Shown in pieces: positions 42,491-54,709 of a DNA stretch of 64,000 nucleotides (positions are counted from its first letter, which is position 1; each line of letters opens with the position of its first letter). Position numbers and translations under genes: made by a program. The notes under the pieces are model-generated. The model was not told where the DNA came from. It searched no databases and saw only the letters and a list, made by a program, of their open reading frames with translations. Origin of the DNA: an uncultured Chloroflexia bacterium (GTDB lineage Bacteria > Chloroflexota > Limnocylindria > Limnocylindrales > CSP1-4); NCBI GenBank assembly GCA_963768655.1, contig CAVYIM010000006.1, positions 160,001 to 224,000 of the forward strand, written 5' to 3'.

Positions 42491-45400
42491 ATGTCAGGGA
42501 TGATGCGGCGGATCGCAGCGACCGTCGTGATGGGCGCTCTGGCCGCTCCCTTCGCCGGGACGGCGCCCGCCGTTGCCAGTTCTGGTGGAACGCAGGCCGC
42601 CGACGTGGAGGCTGTCTGCCCCCGGCCGCTCCGGGTACCGCGGAGTGTCTCGCACTACGTCGCACGGACATCGCGGCCAGTCCCGCATCCGCCTTGCCCT
42701 CGGGGCCATCGGAGGGGTACGGCCCGGCCGATCTCCAGAGCGCCTACGCACTTCCGTCGGGAAGTGATCTCGGCGCCGGGTTGACCGTCGCCGTGGTGGA
42801 TGCGTACGACCTGCCGACCGCGGAGCACGATCTCGGAGTCTACCGGAGCTACTACGGCCTGGCGGCATGCACGACTGCCAACGGTTGCTTCCGCAAGGTC
42901 AACCAGAACGGTGGCACGAGCTCGTATCCGACCTACGACGCGCACTGGGGTCAGGAGATCGCTCTGGATCTCGACATGGTTTCCGCCATTTGTCCCAACT
43001 GCAAGATCCTGCTGGTCGAGGCCACGGACAACAACTACTCGAACCTGGGACCGGCGGTCGACACCGCCGTGTCTCTGGGCGCGGTCGCCGTCTCGAACAG
43101 CTATGGCGGTTCCGAGGGGAGCGGCGAGGGCGACCTAGACACGTACTACGACCACCCGGGAGTGGCGATCACTGTCTCCACCGGCGACTGCGGCTACAAC
43201 TGCTCGGCCGGTACGAGCGGCAACGCGAAGGGGGTCGAATACCCGGCGGCGTCACCGTATGTGATCGCCGTCGGCGGCACGACGCTGCTCCCCGCCGCCA
43301 ACGCCCGTGGCTGGACCAAATCGGCCTGGGGCAATTCCGACGGGGGCGCGGGCAGCGGCTGCTCCCAGTACGAGCCCAAGCCCTCCTGGCAGCACGACAC
43401 CGGGTGCGCGAACCGGACCGAGGCCGACGTCTCGGCCGTTGCCGATCCTGAGACCGGCGTGGCCAGCTTTGACAGCAGCTTCTCCAGCTCCTGGGCGGTC
43501 ATGGGCGGCACCAGTGCAGCCGCGCCGATCATCGCCGCCATCTATGGCCTGGTCGGTGGTCCGCCAGCCAGTGGCTACCCGGCCAGCTTCTTCTACGGAG
43601 ACACGGCCGACCTCAACGACGTGGTAGGTGGCAACAACGACGTCACCTGGGGCGACTGCACCGTTACGTACCTATGCAACGGTGTGGCCGGCTACGACGG
43701 GCCGACGGGGCTGGGCACACCGAATGGCGTGGGCGCTTTCGGGGTCGTGCACACCCTCTCCGTCTCCGGACTCCCGAGCCCAACCGTCGCCGGTGTCGCC
43801 CACACCCTCACGGTCACGGCCAAAGACGCCTACGGCAACACGGCCACCGGCTACACCGGCACCGTCCACTTCAGCAGTACCGATCCGGCTGCCACCCTGC
43901 CGGCGAATACGACCCTGACCAACGGCGTCGGCACCTTCAGCGTCACCCTCAAGACGGCCGGCACCAGGTCGGTGACCGCGACCGACACCGTCACGAGCTC
44001 GATCACGGGCTCCCAGAACGCCATCGTGGTCAACCCGGGATCTGCCGCTACCCTCTCCGTCTCCGGACTCCCGAGCCCAACCGTCGCCGGTGTCGCCCAC
44101 ACCCTCACGGTCACGGTCAAAGACGCCTACGGCAACACGGCCACCGGCTACACCGGCACCGTCCACTTCAGCAGTACCGATCCGGCTGCCACCCTGCCGG
44201 CGAATACGACCCTGACCAACGGCGTCGGCACCTTCAGCGTCACCCTCAAGACGGCCGGCACCAGGTCGGTGACCGCGACCGACACCGTCACGAGCTCGAT
44301 CACGGGCTCCCAGAACGCCATCGTGGTCAACCCGGGATCTGCCGCTACCCTCTCCGTCTCCGGACTCCCGAGCCCAACCGTCGCCGGTGTCGCCCACACC
44401 CTCACGGTCACGGCCAAAGACGCCTACGGCAACACGGCCACCGGCTACACCGGCACCGTCCACTTCAGCAGTACCGATCCGGCTGCCGTCCTGCCGGCGA
44501 ATGCGACCCTGACCAACGGCGTCGGCACCTTCAGCGTCACCCTCAAGACGGCCGGCACCAGGTCGGTGACCGCGACCGACACCGTCACGAGCTCGATCGC
44601 AGGGTCCCAGAACGCCATCGTGGTCAACCCCGGATCTGCCACGACTATCTCCGTGTCGGGCCTCGCCTCGCCGCGGTCACAGGGAGCCGTGGGCTCGGTC
44701 ACGCTGACCGCCCGCGACGCCTACGGCAACACCGACCCGACGTACCGCGGCACGGTGCACTTCACGAGCACGGATCCCAAGGCCGTCTTGCCGGGCGACT
44801 ACGCTTTCACCGCCGCCGACGCCGGGACTCACACCTTCCCCAACGGCGTCACGCTCAAGACCTACAGCAGCCAGACGGTCACGGCCACGGACAAAGTGAC
44901 CGCCTCGATCACGGGCTCGCTGACCGTCAGCGTCAACTACCCTGCCTCCACATACCATGCCGTGACGCCGGCTCGGGTCCTCGACACGCGCCCGACGGTG
45001 AAGAGCGGCAACCCGACGAACATCGGTCTGTCCGGCAAGTTCACCGCCGGCACTGTCCGCACCTTCGCGGTCGGCGGTGCTCGTTTCGTCGGTGGCGGCA
45101 GTGCTGTGGCCGTCCCATCCAACGCAGTGGCCGTGACGGGCAACCTCACCATCGTGAATGAGACGACGGCCGGCCTCGTCGCCCTGGGCCCGACCATGAC
45201 CCCGACGGGCGCCGTCACCACGATCAACTTCGCCAAGGGCGACATCCGGGCCAACAACGTGACCGTGGGCCTGGCTCCGAACGGCACCCTGCAGGCGGTC
45301 TTCCGGTCCTCGACCGCCGGCGCGACGACCGACCTCATCTTCGACGTGACCGGCTACTTCCTGGCCAACGCCGGTGGCGCCACGTACCACACGGTAGCCC

Positions 45401-46161
45401 CCGGTCGCGTCCTCGACACTCGTGCCACCGGCGGCGGGAACACCAACATCGGCCTGTCGGGCAAGTTCGCCAACCGCGTGGTCCGGACCTTCGCCGTGGC
45501 GGGCGTGATCGGCCTCGGCTGGGGGACCGCCCTGGTACCAGCCGGCGCTACCGCGGTCACTGGCAACCTGACCGTCACCAACGCCACGTCGGCCGGCTAT
45601 GTCTCCCTGGGTCCCACTATGACCTCGACGCCGAACACCTCGACGCTCAACGTGGCGGCGGGCAACAACCGTGCCAACGGCGTCACCGTGGCGCTTGCCT
45701 CGGGCAGGCTCCAGGCCGTGTGGGCCGGCACGACAGGCTCGAGCGCCGACGTGATCTTCGACGTCACGGGCTACTTCACATCGGATACGACCGGCCTGTC
45801 CTACCACGCCGTCGTGCCGGTCCGCATTCTCGACAGCTCGACCAACTTGGGTCTGTCGGGCGCCTTCGCCAACCGGACCCCAAGGACCTTCTCGGTCGGC
45901 GGCACCGGCCAGATCGCGGCCGGCGCGGCGGGCATCAGCGGCAACCTGACTCTCTTCAACCCTTCGAGCAACGGCTTCGCCTTCGTCAGCCCTGACCCTG
46001 TCGCCACGCCGACCTCCTCGACGGTCAACGCCTCGGCTTACCAGACCGTGGCCAACGGCTTCGACGTCGCTCTCGACGGGGGCAACCTGGCCCTCATCTG
46101 GGCCGGCGCGGCGGGCTCGACGGCCAACCTGCAACTCGATGTGACCGGCTACTGGAAGTAG
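42491..46161 (+). CDS. secreted S53 (sedolisin-like) peptidase with Ig-like repeats and triple-repeat C-terminal module; frameshift at 42619-42623
   Basis: Signal peptide MMRRIAATVVMGALAAPFA lies in a different frame from the body. EIALDLD, STGD, GGTSAAAP and GYDGPTGLGTP motifs are present. One extra C in the C5 run joins the frames (VEAVCPPAAPGTAEC). Confidence 0.85.
43753..44643 (+). repeat. three near-identical 297-bp intragenic tandem repeats (99-aa Ig-like domain)
   Basis: Unit starts ACCCTCTCCGTCTCCGGACTCCCGAGC at 43753, 44050 and 44347. Confidence 0.95.
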
Positions 46162-46243
46162 GAACGGGGGGTGCGCTCCTCGTCCGAGCGGACTGTTGGG
46201 GATAGGGGCGGGTATCTTGCTCGGCCGCCGCGCTGCCGGGCCG

Positions 46244-46993
46244 CTAGTTCACGGGGGACGTGGCCGCCGTCGGCTCCGCCGCCTGCAGGCGCGGCACGCG
46301 CAGGGCGGCCTCCCGGCGGCGGTGCTCCGTGAGGAGAATGAATCGGATGATTCGGTCCTGGTCGAGTGAAGTGATGCGCGTGAACTTGACCGCGACTTCG
46401 GTCTGACATGGCCCGCCGCTCGGGCCTGACGCGCCGCCGTTCGAGGCTCGGCCCAGTCGCTTCACGACGCCGTTCATCGAGACTCGTTCCACGCCGGCGA
46501 GGGGCAGGGTCAGATCCAGATCGTCACCGACGTTGATGGGCGCATCGCTCACGAACAGGAGGCCGCCCGGACTGAGGTTCCTGGTCACCGTGGTGGCGGC
46601 CTTACCGCGAGGCTCCCAGGTGGCCGGGTCGATGCGGCGAAAGCAAATCGGCAGGTCTATCGGGTAGCGGACGTAGCCGCGGCGTTGCGCCCGCTTGAGA
46701 GCGGCCGGAGGGAGGACCGCGAAGACGCGCGACCTGCTGCCGCCGAGCGGCCTCAGGAATGCCGACTGGCCAAGAAGGGCGGCGCCATCGCGGGCGACGG
46801 TGAGCCGGACCGTCTGGTCTGGTCGCAGCGCCTCCAGGCGCCGATCCGGCGACGCCAGACCGAGCCACAGTTCGGTCGGGCAGATCCGAACGATCACCGT
46901 CCGCAATGCCACCGGCCGGCCGTAGATCTCGGTTTCGACGAGCACACGATCCTGGATCGCAAGTTCGGGCTCGACGGTTTCTCTCTCGGTCAT
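46244..46993 (-). CDS. PilZ-domain c-di-GMP receptor (YcgR/flagellar-brake-like architecture)
   Basis: QRRGYVR (RxxxR) and NLSPGG motifs after an N-terminal beta domain. Confidence 0.85.
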   Translation of the reverse strand: MTERETVEPELAIQDRVLVETEIYGRPVALRTVIVRICPTELWLGLASPDRRLEALRPDQTVRLTVARDGAALLGQSAFLRPLGGSRSRVFAVLPPAALKRAQRRGYVRYPIDLPICFRRIDPATWEPRGKAATTVTRNLSPGGLLFVSDAPINVGDDLDLTLPLAGVERVSMNGVVKRLGRASNGGASGPSGGPCQTEVAVKFTRITSLDQDRIIRFILLTEHRRREAALRVPRLQAAEPTAATSPVN

Positions 46994-47240
46994 CGACGTC
47001 ACCAGGCCGGGTCGTTCGAGGCGTCGGGCCGGTGCCTGAGGCGAACCGGACCCGCGTAGTGGCGGCGACCCTGCCCTGTAGGAGTCGGCTCGGTGACGTC
47101 CAATTCGTAGTCTCGGCGGCTGCTATGGCGGTACGGGACGCCACGGCGCAGGGGATGTGGACCGCGGCGCACGTTCACGATCGGGATCAGGACACGCCCG
47201 CAGGCTCGGGTTTGGCGGATGGACTACAGTTGCCTCCGTC

Positions 47241-48287
47241 ATGAAACCACCAAGGCGGGGCGGCCGGCACGCCCGCCCCCACGGCGCTGCGGCTGCGGCG
47301 TGGGGCATGGCCGTCCTGCTGATCGTCGCCGGCTGCGCGCCGCTGGCGGGCGGCTCGCCAGCCAGACCGTCACCGTCGCCGGTCGTGTCGCCGTCCACGG
47401 TAGCGAGCGCGAGTCCGACCGTTGGTCCCACTCCGAGTCCCGATGTCACCGCTCCGCCCGCGACCGCTCCACCCACCGTCGCACCGCCCACGCCACCACC
47501 GCTGGCCGGCACTCTTCCCCTGGTGAACAGCTGCAACCCGACCTCGGTCCCGAGCGCCCTCCCGGTGACAGCGCCCGCTGACGGCAAGGCCAGCTCCTTC
47601 GCCCTGCACGTGCCGATACTCGAGTACCACCGGATCGTGCCCTTCGCGTACGCCGGCGACTCCAAGCCCGGCCTGGTCGTCCCACCCGCGACGTTCGCCG
47701 CTCAGCTCGAAGACTTCCGATCGGCAGGCTGGCACACCATCACGATGGCGACGCTCGCGAACGACCTGCTGGCGCACGTGCGGCCTCCGGCCAAGACGTT
47801 CGTCATCACCATCGACGACGGCTGGGACGATGGCTACATATACGCGCTGCCGATCCTCGAGCAGCTTGGTTTCGTGGCGACCTACTTCGTAATCGGCAGC
47901 CGGATCGACCGGCGGAACTTCCTGAGCTCCGCCGAGCTCCAGGCCCTGGTGGCCGCCGGTGACGAGATCGGCGATCACACGATGGACCATGTCGATCTCG
48001 ACCATCAGACGGCCGCGAAAATGACCTACGAGATCGATGCCGCCGCCGCCCGGATCGCCCAGGTCACCGGCCGCTGGCCCGAGTCTCTGGCCTATCCATA
48101 CGGGGGTGCGAACCAGCGGGCCGTCAACGGGGTCGCTGCATGCCAGGAGATGCGAATCGCGGTCATCGAGAAGACCGGCGGAAAGTCGGTCGTTCTGGAG
48201 ACGTGGTCCAATCGCTTCGCGGTCTCCCGCATCGAGATCAGCTCGTCCACCAGGATGGCGGATCTTGTGGCAGGGCTGGGAGCATAG
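47241..48287 (+). CDS. polysaccharide deacetylase (NodB/CE4) lipoprotein
   Basis: Lipobox IVAGC, VPILEYH, ITIDDG, DHTMDH, LAYPYG. Confidence 0.9.
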   Translation: MKPPRRGGRHARPHGAAAAAWGMAVLLIVAGCAPLAGGSPARPSPSPVVSPSTVASASPTVGPTPSPDVTAPPATAPPTVAPPTPPPLAGTLPLVNSCNPTSVPSALPVTAPADGKASSFALHVPILEYHRIVPFAYAGDSKPGLVVPPATFAAQLEDFRSAGWHTITMATLANDLLAHVRPPAKTFVITIDDGWDDGYIYALPILEQLGFVATYFVIGSRIDRRNFLSSAELQALVAAGDEIGDHTMDHVDLDHQTAAKMTYEIDAAAARIAQVTGRWPESLAYPYGGANQRAVNGVAACQEMRIAVIEKTGGKSVVLETWSNRFAVSRIEISSSTRMADLVAGLGA

Positions 48288-48643
48288 CGACAAGCAGCCC
48301 GGTCCCGCGCCTGTTTCGTCCCTCGTCGGGCGGAGCCCTAGACAGCCTGTTCCACATGTGAGCTGCAGCGGGGACCCGGCCTGTCCGCGCCGTCGATCAT
48401 GGTGGTGGCGACGGTAGGAGGCGATGATATTGCGCCGCCATTCGGACAGGCTTATCATGGGCCGCGACCGCCTCGGACGAACGGATGCGTCTCGTCAGCC
48501 CTGCCCGCGGCGGAGCGATGACCTCCGGCTGGGCGCCGGGGCGCTGGTGGGGCGCCCACGGGACTCAAGGGCGGCGTTGGTCCGGCCGGATCATGCGGTA
48601 AGCGGCTGTCGCCCGCTGCCCGACGGCCCGAGGAGAACGTGCC

Positions 48644-51542
48644 GTGCTCTCCACCAGGTTGCACAGGCCGGGCCGCCTGCCTCGCATCTTCGGTCTCGGT
48701 GCCGCGCTCGTGCTCGTGGGGTCCGCCCTCACGGTAGCTCCACCCCCGGCTCGCGCCGACGACTCGGATCACCTGCAAGCGTACGGGTTAGCTGACCAGG
48801 GACAGCCCACCGCCGGCGTCGCATATACGTTTGAGGTCAATGCCCTCACTCCCGACGGAAGCGGCGTGGACAGTTGCTTCGATGACACGGTTCACTTGTC
48901 CTATACCGACAGCAAGACCGCCATGCCCGCGGACTACGGGTACACCGCTGCTCTCCTCTACTTTTGGTGTGTTGGCGACGACGGTCAGCACGAGTTCACG
49001 ATCGTCCCGGTGGCGGCGGGCCAGCAGACCCTCACGGTGAGCGATCTTGACGACTCGAGCGTCAGCAACGCGGTGTTGACTTTCGACGTGGCTCCCGGAC
49101 CGGCCGCGAGCCTCGCGGTTTCGAGCCTGCCGGCGAGCATGACGCAGGGGGCCGAAGCGCCCATCCGGGTCACGCTCAGGGACGCATGGGGCAACGTCGC
49201 CACCAACTACACCGGCACGGTCCACTTCGCGTCGAGTGACGGGAGCGCGGCGCTGCCGGCGGATTATGCGTTCGGCGCCGGCGACGCCGGGACTCACTTG
49301 TTCGCAGTCAGTTTCGGATCGACCGGCAGCCAGTCAGTGACCGTCACGGACACCCTCGAGCCGAGCAGTCTCCATGCGTCCGCCAGCACGACCGTAGCGA
49401 CGGCGGATCATTTCTACGTCGAGGTCGGTGAGCAGGAGGCCGGCGTCTACACGAGTTGCAGCGTGACCGCCGAAAAGTCGACCGGAGCCACGGACACCGG
49501 ATACACCGGCACGGTCAAGTTCAGCAGTTCCGACACAAGCGCCACACTCCCATCGGACGCGAGCGACGTGGCCGGCCAGGTGACTTTCACTGGTCCATCC
49601 TGGTCGTGCGGTGGATTCGACCTGATGTTCTACAAGGCGGGCACTCAGACGCTCACCGCGACCGACGAGAGCAACTCAGACATCACCGGCACAGGTACGG
49701 TCACCGTGCTCGGTGGTGACACGGTCGGAGTCAAGATCGTCGGGCTTCCCTCCGCGACGGTTGTGGGCCCGGTTTCGATCACGGTCAAGGCCACGGACGC
49801 CTGGAACAACTGGGGCAGCGACGGGCCCTGCAGCTTCTCCAGCAGCGACCCGAAGGCCGTCCTGCCCGCAGACTTCGCGTTTCACACGTCGGACTACGGT
49901 ACGCGCCAGTTCACGGTCACGCTCGAAACGCCGGGAACCCAGACGCTGAAGGTGTCCTGCTCCGAAGACGCCAAGAACTTCTCGGCCACCGCCTCAACGA
50001 CGGTCGTGTACGGTACAGCCACGCATTTCGCGGTCTCCGGTCTCTCGTCGCCGCAGACCGCCGGCGTCGCCGGCACAATCACCGTCAAGGCCCTCGACGC
50101 ATACGGCAACACGGCCCCGACATACGACGGCACGGTCCACTTCACCAGCAGTGACTCCAAGGCAGTCCTGCCGGCGAACTACACCTTCAACTCGACAGAC
50201 AAGGGCGTCCACGCCAGCAGCGTGACTCTGAAGACCGCCGGCACCCAGTCGGTGACCGCGACCGACACGGTGACGGCCTCGATCAAGGGGTCGCAGACCG
50301 GCATCGTGGTGAGTACCACAGGCTCCGTCGCCTCCACGTACCACGCCACGAGCCCGGCCCGGGTTCTCGACTCCCGACCCACAGGCTCGGGTCACACCAA
50401 CATCGGACTCGCGGGTAAGTTCACCGCAGGCACGGTCCGGACCTTCGCCGTGGCCGGCGTCATCGGCGTAGGGGCCACCAGCGCGGCCGTACCGACCAAT
50501 GCCACCGCGGTCACGGGCAACCTCACCATCGTCAACGAGACCGCCGCCGGAGTAGTGGCTCTGGGACCGACCATGACCGCCAGCGGTGCCACTACCACGA
50601 TCAACTTCGTCAAGGGCGACATCCGGGCCAACAACGTGACTATGGGGCTAGGAGCCGGAGGCAAGCTCTCGGCGGTCTATCGCTCGGCTACAGCCGGAGC
50701 CACGATCGATCTCATCTTCGATGTCACAGGCTTCTTCACCCCCGATACGAGCGGTGCCACCTATCACGTCCTCGACCCCGGGCCGGATCCTCGATACCAG
50801 ACCGACCGGCTCGGGTCACACCAACATCGGGCTAGCGGGTAAGTTCGCCAACAAGAGTGTGCGGACCTTCACGATCGCAGGCGTCAAGGCCCTGGGCTGG
50901 ACGTCCGCTCTGGTACCGTCGGCTGCCACCGCTGTCACCGGCAACCTGACCGTGACCAACGCCACGAGCTCTGGCTTTGTCTCTCTCGGTCCGACCATGA
51001 CCAGCTCGCCTTCCACCTCGACCCTGAACATCAGCGCCGGTGCCACCGTCGCCAACGGTGTCACCGTGGCCCTAAAGAGCGGCAAGCTAGAGGCCGTCTG
51101 GTGCGGCACGGCGGGTTCGAGTGCCAATGTCATCTTCGATGTCACCGGCTACTTCACCGCAGGCTCGGGTGGTCTCCACTACTACGCGATCAGCCCCGCC
51201 CGCTATCTCGACTCCTCGACCAACAAGGGTCTCTCGGGTGTCTTCACCAGCGGCACGGCGCGGATCCTGACCATCGGTGGCGTCGGTGCCGTCCCAACTG
51301 GCGCTGCCGGTATCAGCGGCAACCTGACTCTGCTATCTCCCTCATCGGCGGGCTGGGCCCTGGTATCACCCGAGATCGTCGCCACGCCGACCACCTCTAC
51401 CCTCAACGTCGCCGCTGGACATTCCGAAGCCAACGGCTTCGATGTCGCTCTGGGAGCGTCGGGTCACGTCGCTCTCGAGTGGGCCGGCACCACCGGTTCC
51501 ACCGCCAACATCGCTCTCGATATCACCGGGTACTGGAAGTAG
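48644..51542 (+). CDS. secreted multi-Ig-repeat surface protein with triple-repeat C-terminal module; frameshift at ~50773
   Basis: Signal peptide ending ARA; DAWGN..YTGTVHF repeats. One extra base relative to the paralog (CTCGACCCC vs CTGACACC) splits ORFs 48644-50842 and 50721-51542. Confidence 0.8.
50059..51542 (+). repeat. ~1.48-kb near-identical duplication, copy A
   Basis: Colinear with 53138-54620; offset is 3079 before and 3078 after the 1-nt insertion. Confidence 0.92.
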
Positions 51543-51580
51543 CGTCCGGCTCCTCGCCTCTTTCGACCCTCGCAAACGCT

Positions 51581-51610
51581 CGGAGGCCCCGGCTCGCGCC
51601 GGGGCCTCCG
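51581..51610 (+). terminator. GC-rich hairpin, probable intrinsic terminator
   Basis: CGGAGGCCCCGGC-TCGC-GCCGGGGCCTCCG, 13-bp perfect stem after the stop; no U-tract. Confidence 0.6.
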
Positions 51611-51772
51611 GCTACGTGGCGGGCAGGCGCGGGGTGACTGGGCGGGTGTGCGGCCCTGCCGTTCGGCCGGAATGTTCGTGACGGAACTGTTTCGGCCGGT
51701 CACTCGGCTGTACGATAGTGGTGCCCCGGCAGGGCAGCAGGGAGTAGGCGTCCAACGGGGGAGGAGGTTGTC

Positions 51773-54620
51773 ATGAGGAGCGGGTTCTGGCGTTCAATCG
51801 GAGTCGTTGCGCTCGTCGCGGGGATGATGGGGCTGCCGATGGCGAATGCGGCCGCCGCGTCCCCGGTGTCCTCCACGTCCACGGTGTCTGTGCCATCCAG
51901 GCCGTCCGTGCCTGTTGGCGCCGGAGTATCAGCCTCCGCCGCAGCCGGCGTGAGCCCGGCGACCTCGGCCGGCTACAACTGGGTCGACGGCCTCATCAAC
52001 GAGAACGCGACCTTTCTGTACGGCGATCCTATCTCTGGCTACCTCGTCGGATACGACTCCGCCTACGTGGGGTACTACGCGTACACCGACGCGAGCGATA
52101 TTCCGACCGGCGACTCCCCCCAGGTCGGCGACGTCTACTACATGCACGTGGTCCTTGGCGTGATCGGGAATCCGGGGAGCGGCGGCGATATGCCCAACAT
52201 CCAGGTTCAGCTGCCGGACAACACCGCGCTCGCGATCAGCGCCTCCAATCCGACGTATTGCTACTTCATCAGCGATACCAACGTGGTCACGACGGTCACG
52301 TGCCCGACCCCTGGCACCGGAACGATCCTGCCGATCTGGCTCGGCACCGTGCCAATCGCGAGCTACTACATGTTCGAGGAGCAGTTTCCGGTCGTGACCA
52401 CCGCGCCGCTCGACGGCATCAGCAACCCGGCGAGCTACCTCGCGAATTACAACGACTGGGCGATAGGCGAGTTTGGCAGCGGGACCGATGAGTATGACTA
52501 CGAGCCTATCTGGGTCCCGCCGGTCGCCGTCAATACCACGATCACTGCCAAACCGGCCTCGAGCACGGCCTCGACCTCGGCCAGCTTCTCGTTCACCTCC
52601 AGCCTGGGCGGCTCGACTTTCGAGTGTCGCCTCGATTTCGGGCTCCTGGGCGGCCTGTGGCTCGCCAAAGAGCTACTCGGGCCTGACGTTCGGCTCGCAC
52701 ACTTTCCAGGTGGCCGCCATCGATTCATTCGGGCACGTCGATCCCACGCCGGCGAGCTACACCTGGACCATCACCGGCACCGCCGGCCCGGCGACACATC
52801 TGTCTGTCTCCGGCTTTCCGAGCCCAACCGTCGCGGGTGTCGCCCACAACGTGACGGTGAAGGCTTTAGACGCCCACGGCAACACGGCCACGAGCTATCG
52901 CGGCACGATCCACCTCACGAGCAGTGACACCAAGGCTGTCCTGCCCGCGAACTACACCTTCACGTCGGGCGACGCCGGCACCCACACCTTCAGCGTGACC
53001 CTCAAGACCGCCGCCACGCGGTCGTTGACGGCGACCGACACGGGGACCAGCACGATCACCGGCTCCCAGACGGGGATTGTGGTCAATCCTGCCGCGGCCA
53101 CGCACCTGTCGGTGTCCGGTTTCCCAAGCCCCGACGTCGCCGGCGTCGCCGGCACAATCACCGTCAAGGCCCTCGACGCATACGGCAACACGGCCCCGAC
53201 ATACGACGGCACGGTCCACTTCACCAGCAGTGACTCCAAGGCAGTCCTGCCGGCGAACTACACCTTCAACTCGACAGACAAGGGCGTCCACGCCAGCAGC
53301 GTGACTCTGAAGACCGCCGGCACCCAGTCGGTGACCGCGACCGACACGGTGACGGCCTCGATCAAGGGGTCGCAGACCGGCATCGTGGTGAGTACCACAG
53401 GCTCCGTCGCCTCCACGTACCACGCCACGAGCCCGGCCCGGGTTCTCGACTCCCGACCCACAGGCTCGGGTCACACCAACATCGGACTCGCGGGTAAGTT
53501 CACAGCAGGCACGGTCCGGACCTTCGCCGTGGCCGGCGTCATCGGCGTAGGGGCCACCAGCGCGGCCGTACCGACCAATGCCACCGCGGTCACGGGCAAC
53601 CTCACCATCGTCAACGAGACCGCCCCCGGAGTAGTGGCTCTGGGACCGACCATGACCGCCAGCGGTGCCACTACCACGATCAACTTCGTCAAGGGCGACA
53701 TTCGGGCCAACAACGTGACTCTCGCTCTTGGAGCCGGAGGCAAGCTCTCGGCGGTCTATCGCTCGGCTACAGCCGGAGCCACGATCGATCTCATCTTCGA
53801 TGTCACAGGCTTCTTCACCCCCGATACGAGCGGTGCCACCTATCACGTCCTGACACCGGGCCGGATCCTCGATACCAGACCGACCGGCTCGGGTCACACC
53901 AACATCGGGCTAGCGGGTAAGTTCGCCAACAAGAGTGTGCGGACCTTCGCGATCGCAGGCGTCAAGGCCCTGGGCTGGTCATCCGCCCTGGTACCGTCGG
54001 CCGCCACCGCGGTCACCGGCAACCTGACCGTGACCAACGCCACGAGCTCTGGCTTTGTCTCTCTCGGTCCGACCATGACCAGCTCGCCCTCCACCTCGAC
54101 CCTGAACATCAGCGCCGGTGCCACCGTCGCCAACGGCGTCACCGTGGCCCTAAAGAGCGGCAAGCTAGAGGCCGTCTGGTGCGGCACGGCGGGTTCGAGT
54201 GCCAATGTCATCTTCGATGTCACCGGCTACTTCACCGCAGGCTCGGGTGGTCTCCACTACTACGCGATCAGCCCCGCCCGCTATCTCGACTCCTCGACCA
54301 ACAAGGGTCTCTCGGGTGTCTTCACCAGCGGCACGGCGCGGATCCTGACCATCGGTGGCGTCGGTGCCGTCCCAACTGGCGCTGCCGGTATCAGCGGCAA
54401 CCTGACTCTGCTATCTCCCTCATCGGCGGGCTGGGCCCTGGTATCACCCGAGATCGTCGCCACGCCGACCACCTCTACCCTCAACGTCGCCGCTGGACAT
54501 TCCGAAGCCAACGGCTTCGATGTCGCTCTGGGAGCGTCGGGTCACGTCGCTCTCGAGTGGGCCGGCACCACCGGCTCCACCGCCAACATCGCTCTCGACG
54601 TCACCGGGTACTGGAAGTAG
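51773..54620 (+). CDS. secreted surface protein (unknown head, Ig-like repeats, triple-repeat C-terminal module); frameshift at 52636-52638
   Basis: GGAGGAGG RBS and signal peptide. Removing one T restores FECRLDSGSWAACGSPKSYSGL...HTFQV...DPTPASYTW. Confidence 0.8.
53138..54620 (+). repeat. ~1.48-kb near-identical duplication, copy B
   Basis: Colinear with 50059-51542. Confidence 0.92.
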
Positions 54621-54709
54621 GGCAGGGAGCGGGGGCGAACTCGCCGGCAACCAGGGAGATTCGGCCTGCCCGGTGAGGGTTGCAACTCGAGAGGAGTCGG
54701 CTGGTCGCG

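Noticed and set aside
43753-44643. CRISPR array
   Set aside because: The repeats are 297-bp in-frame coding units without spacers, and there are no cas genes in the window.
48424-48795. 123-aa ORF after an AGGAGG motif
   Set aside because: Overlaps the better-supported signal-peptide gene at 48644 in another frame and has no recognisable features.
50059-54620. Diversity-generating retroelement template/variable repeat pair
   Set aside because: The repeat is 1.48 kb, the differences are not adenine-specific, and no reverse transcriptase is present.
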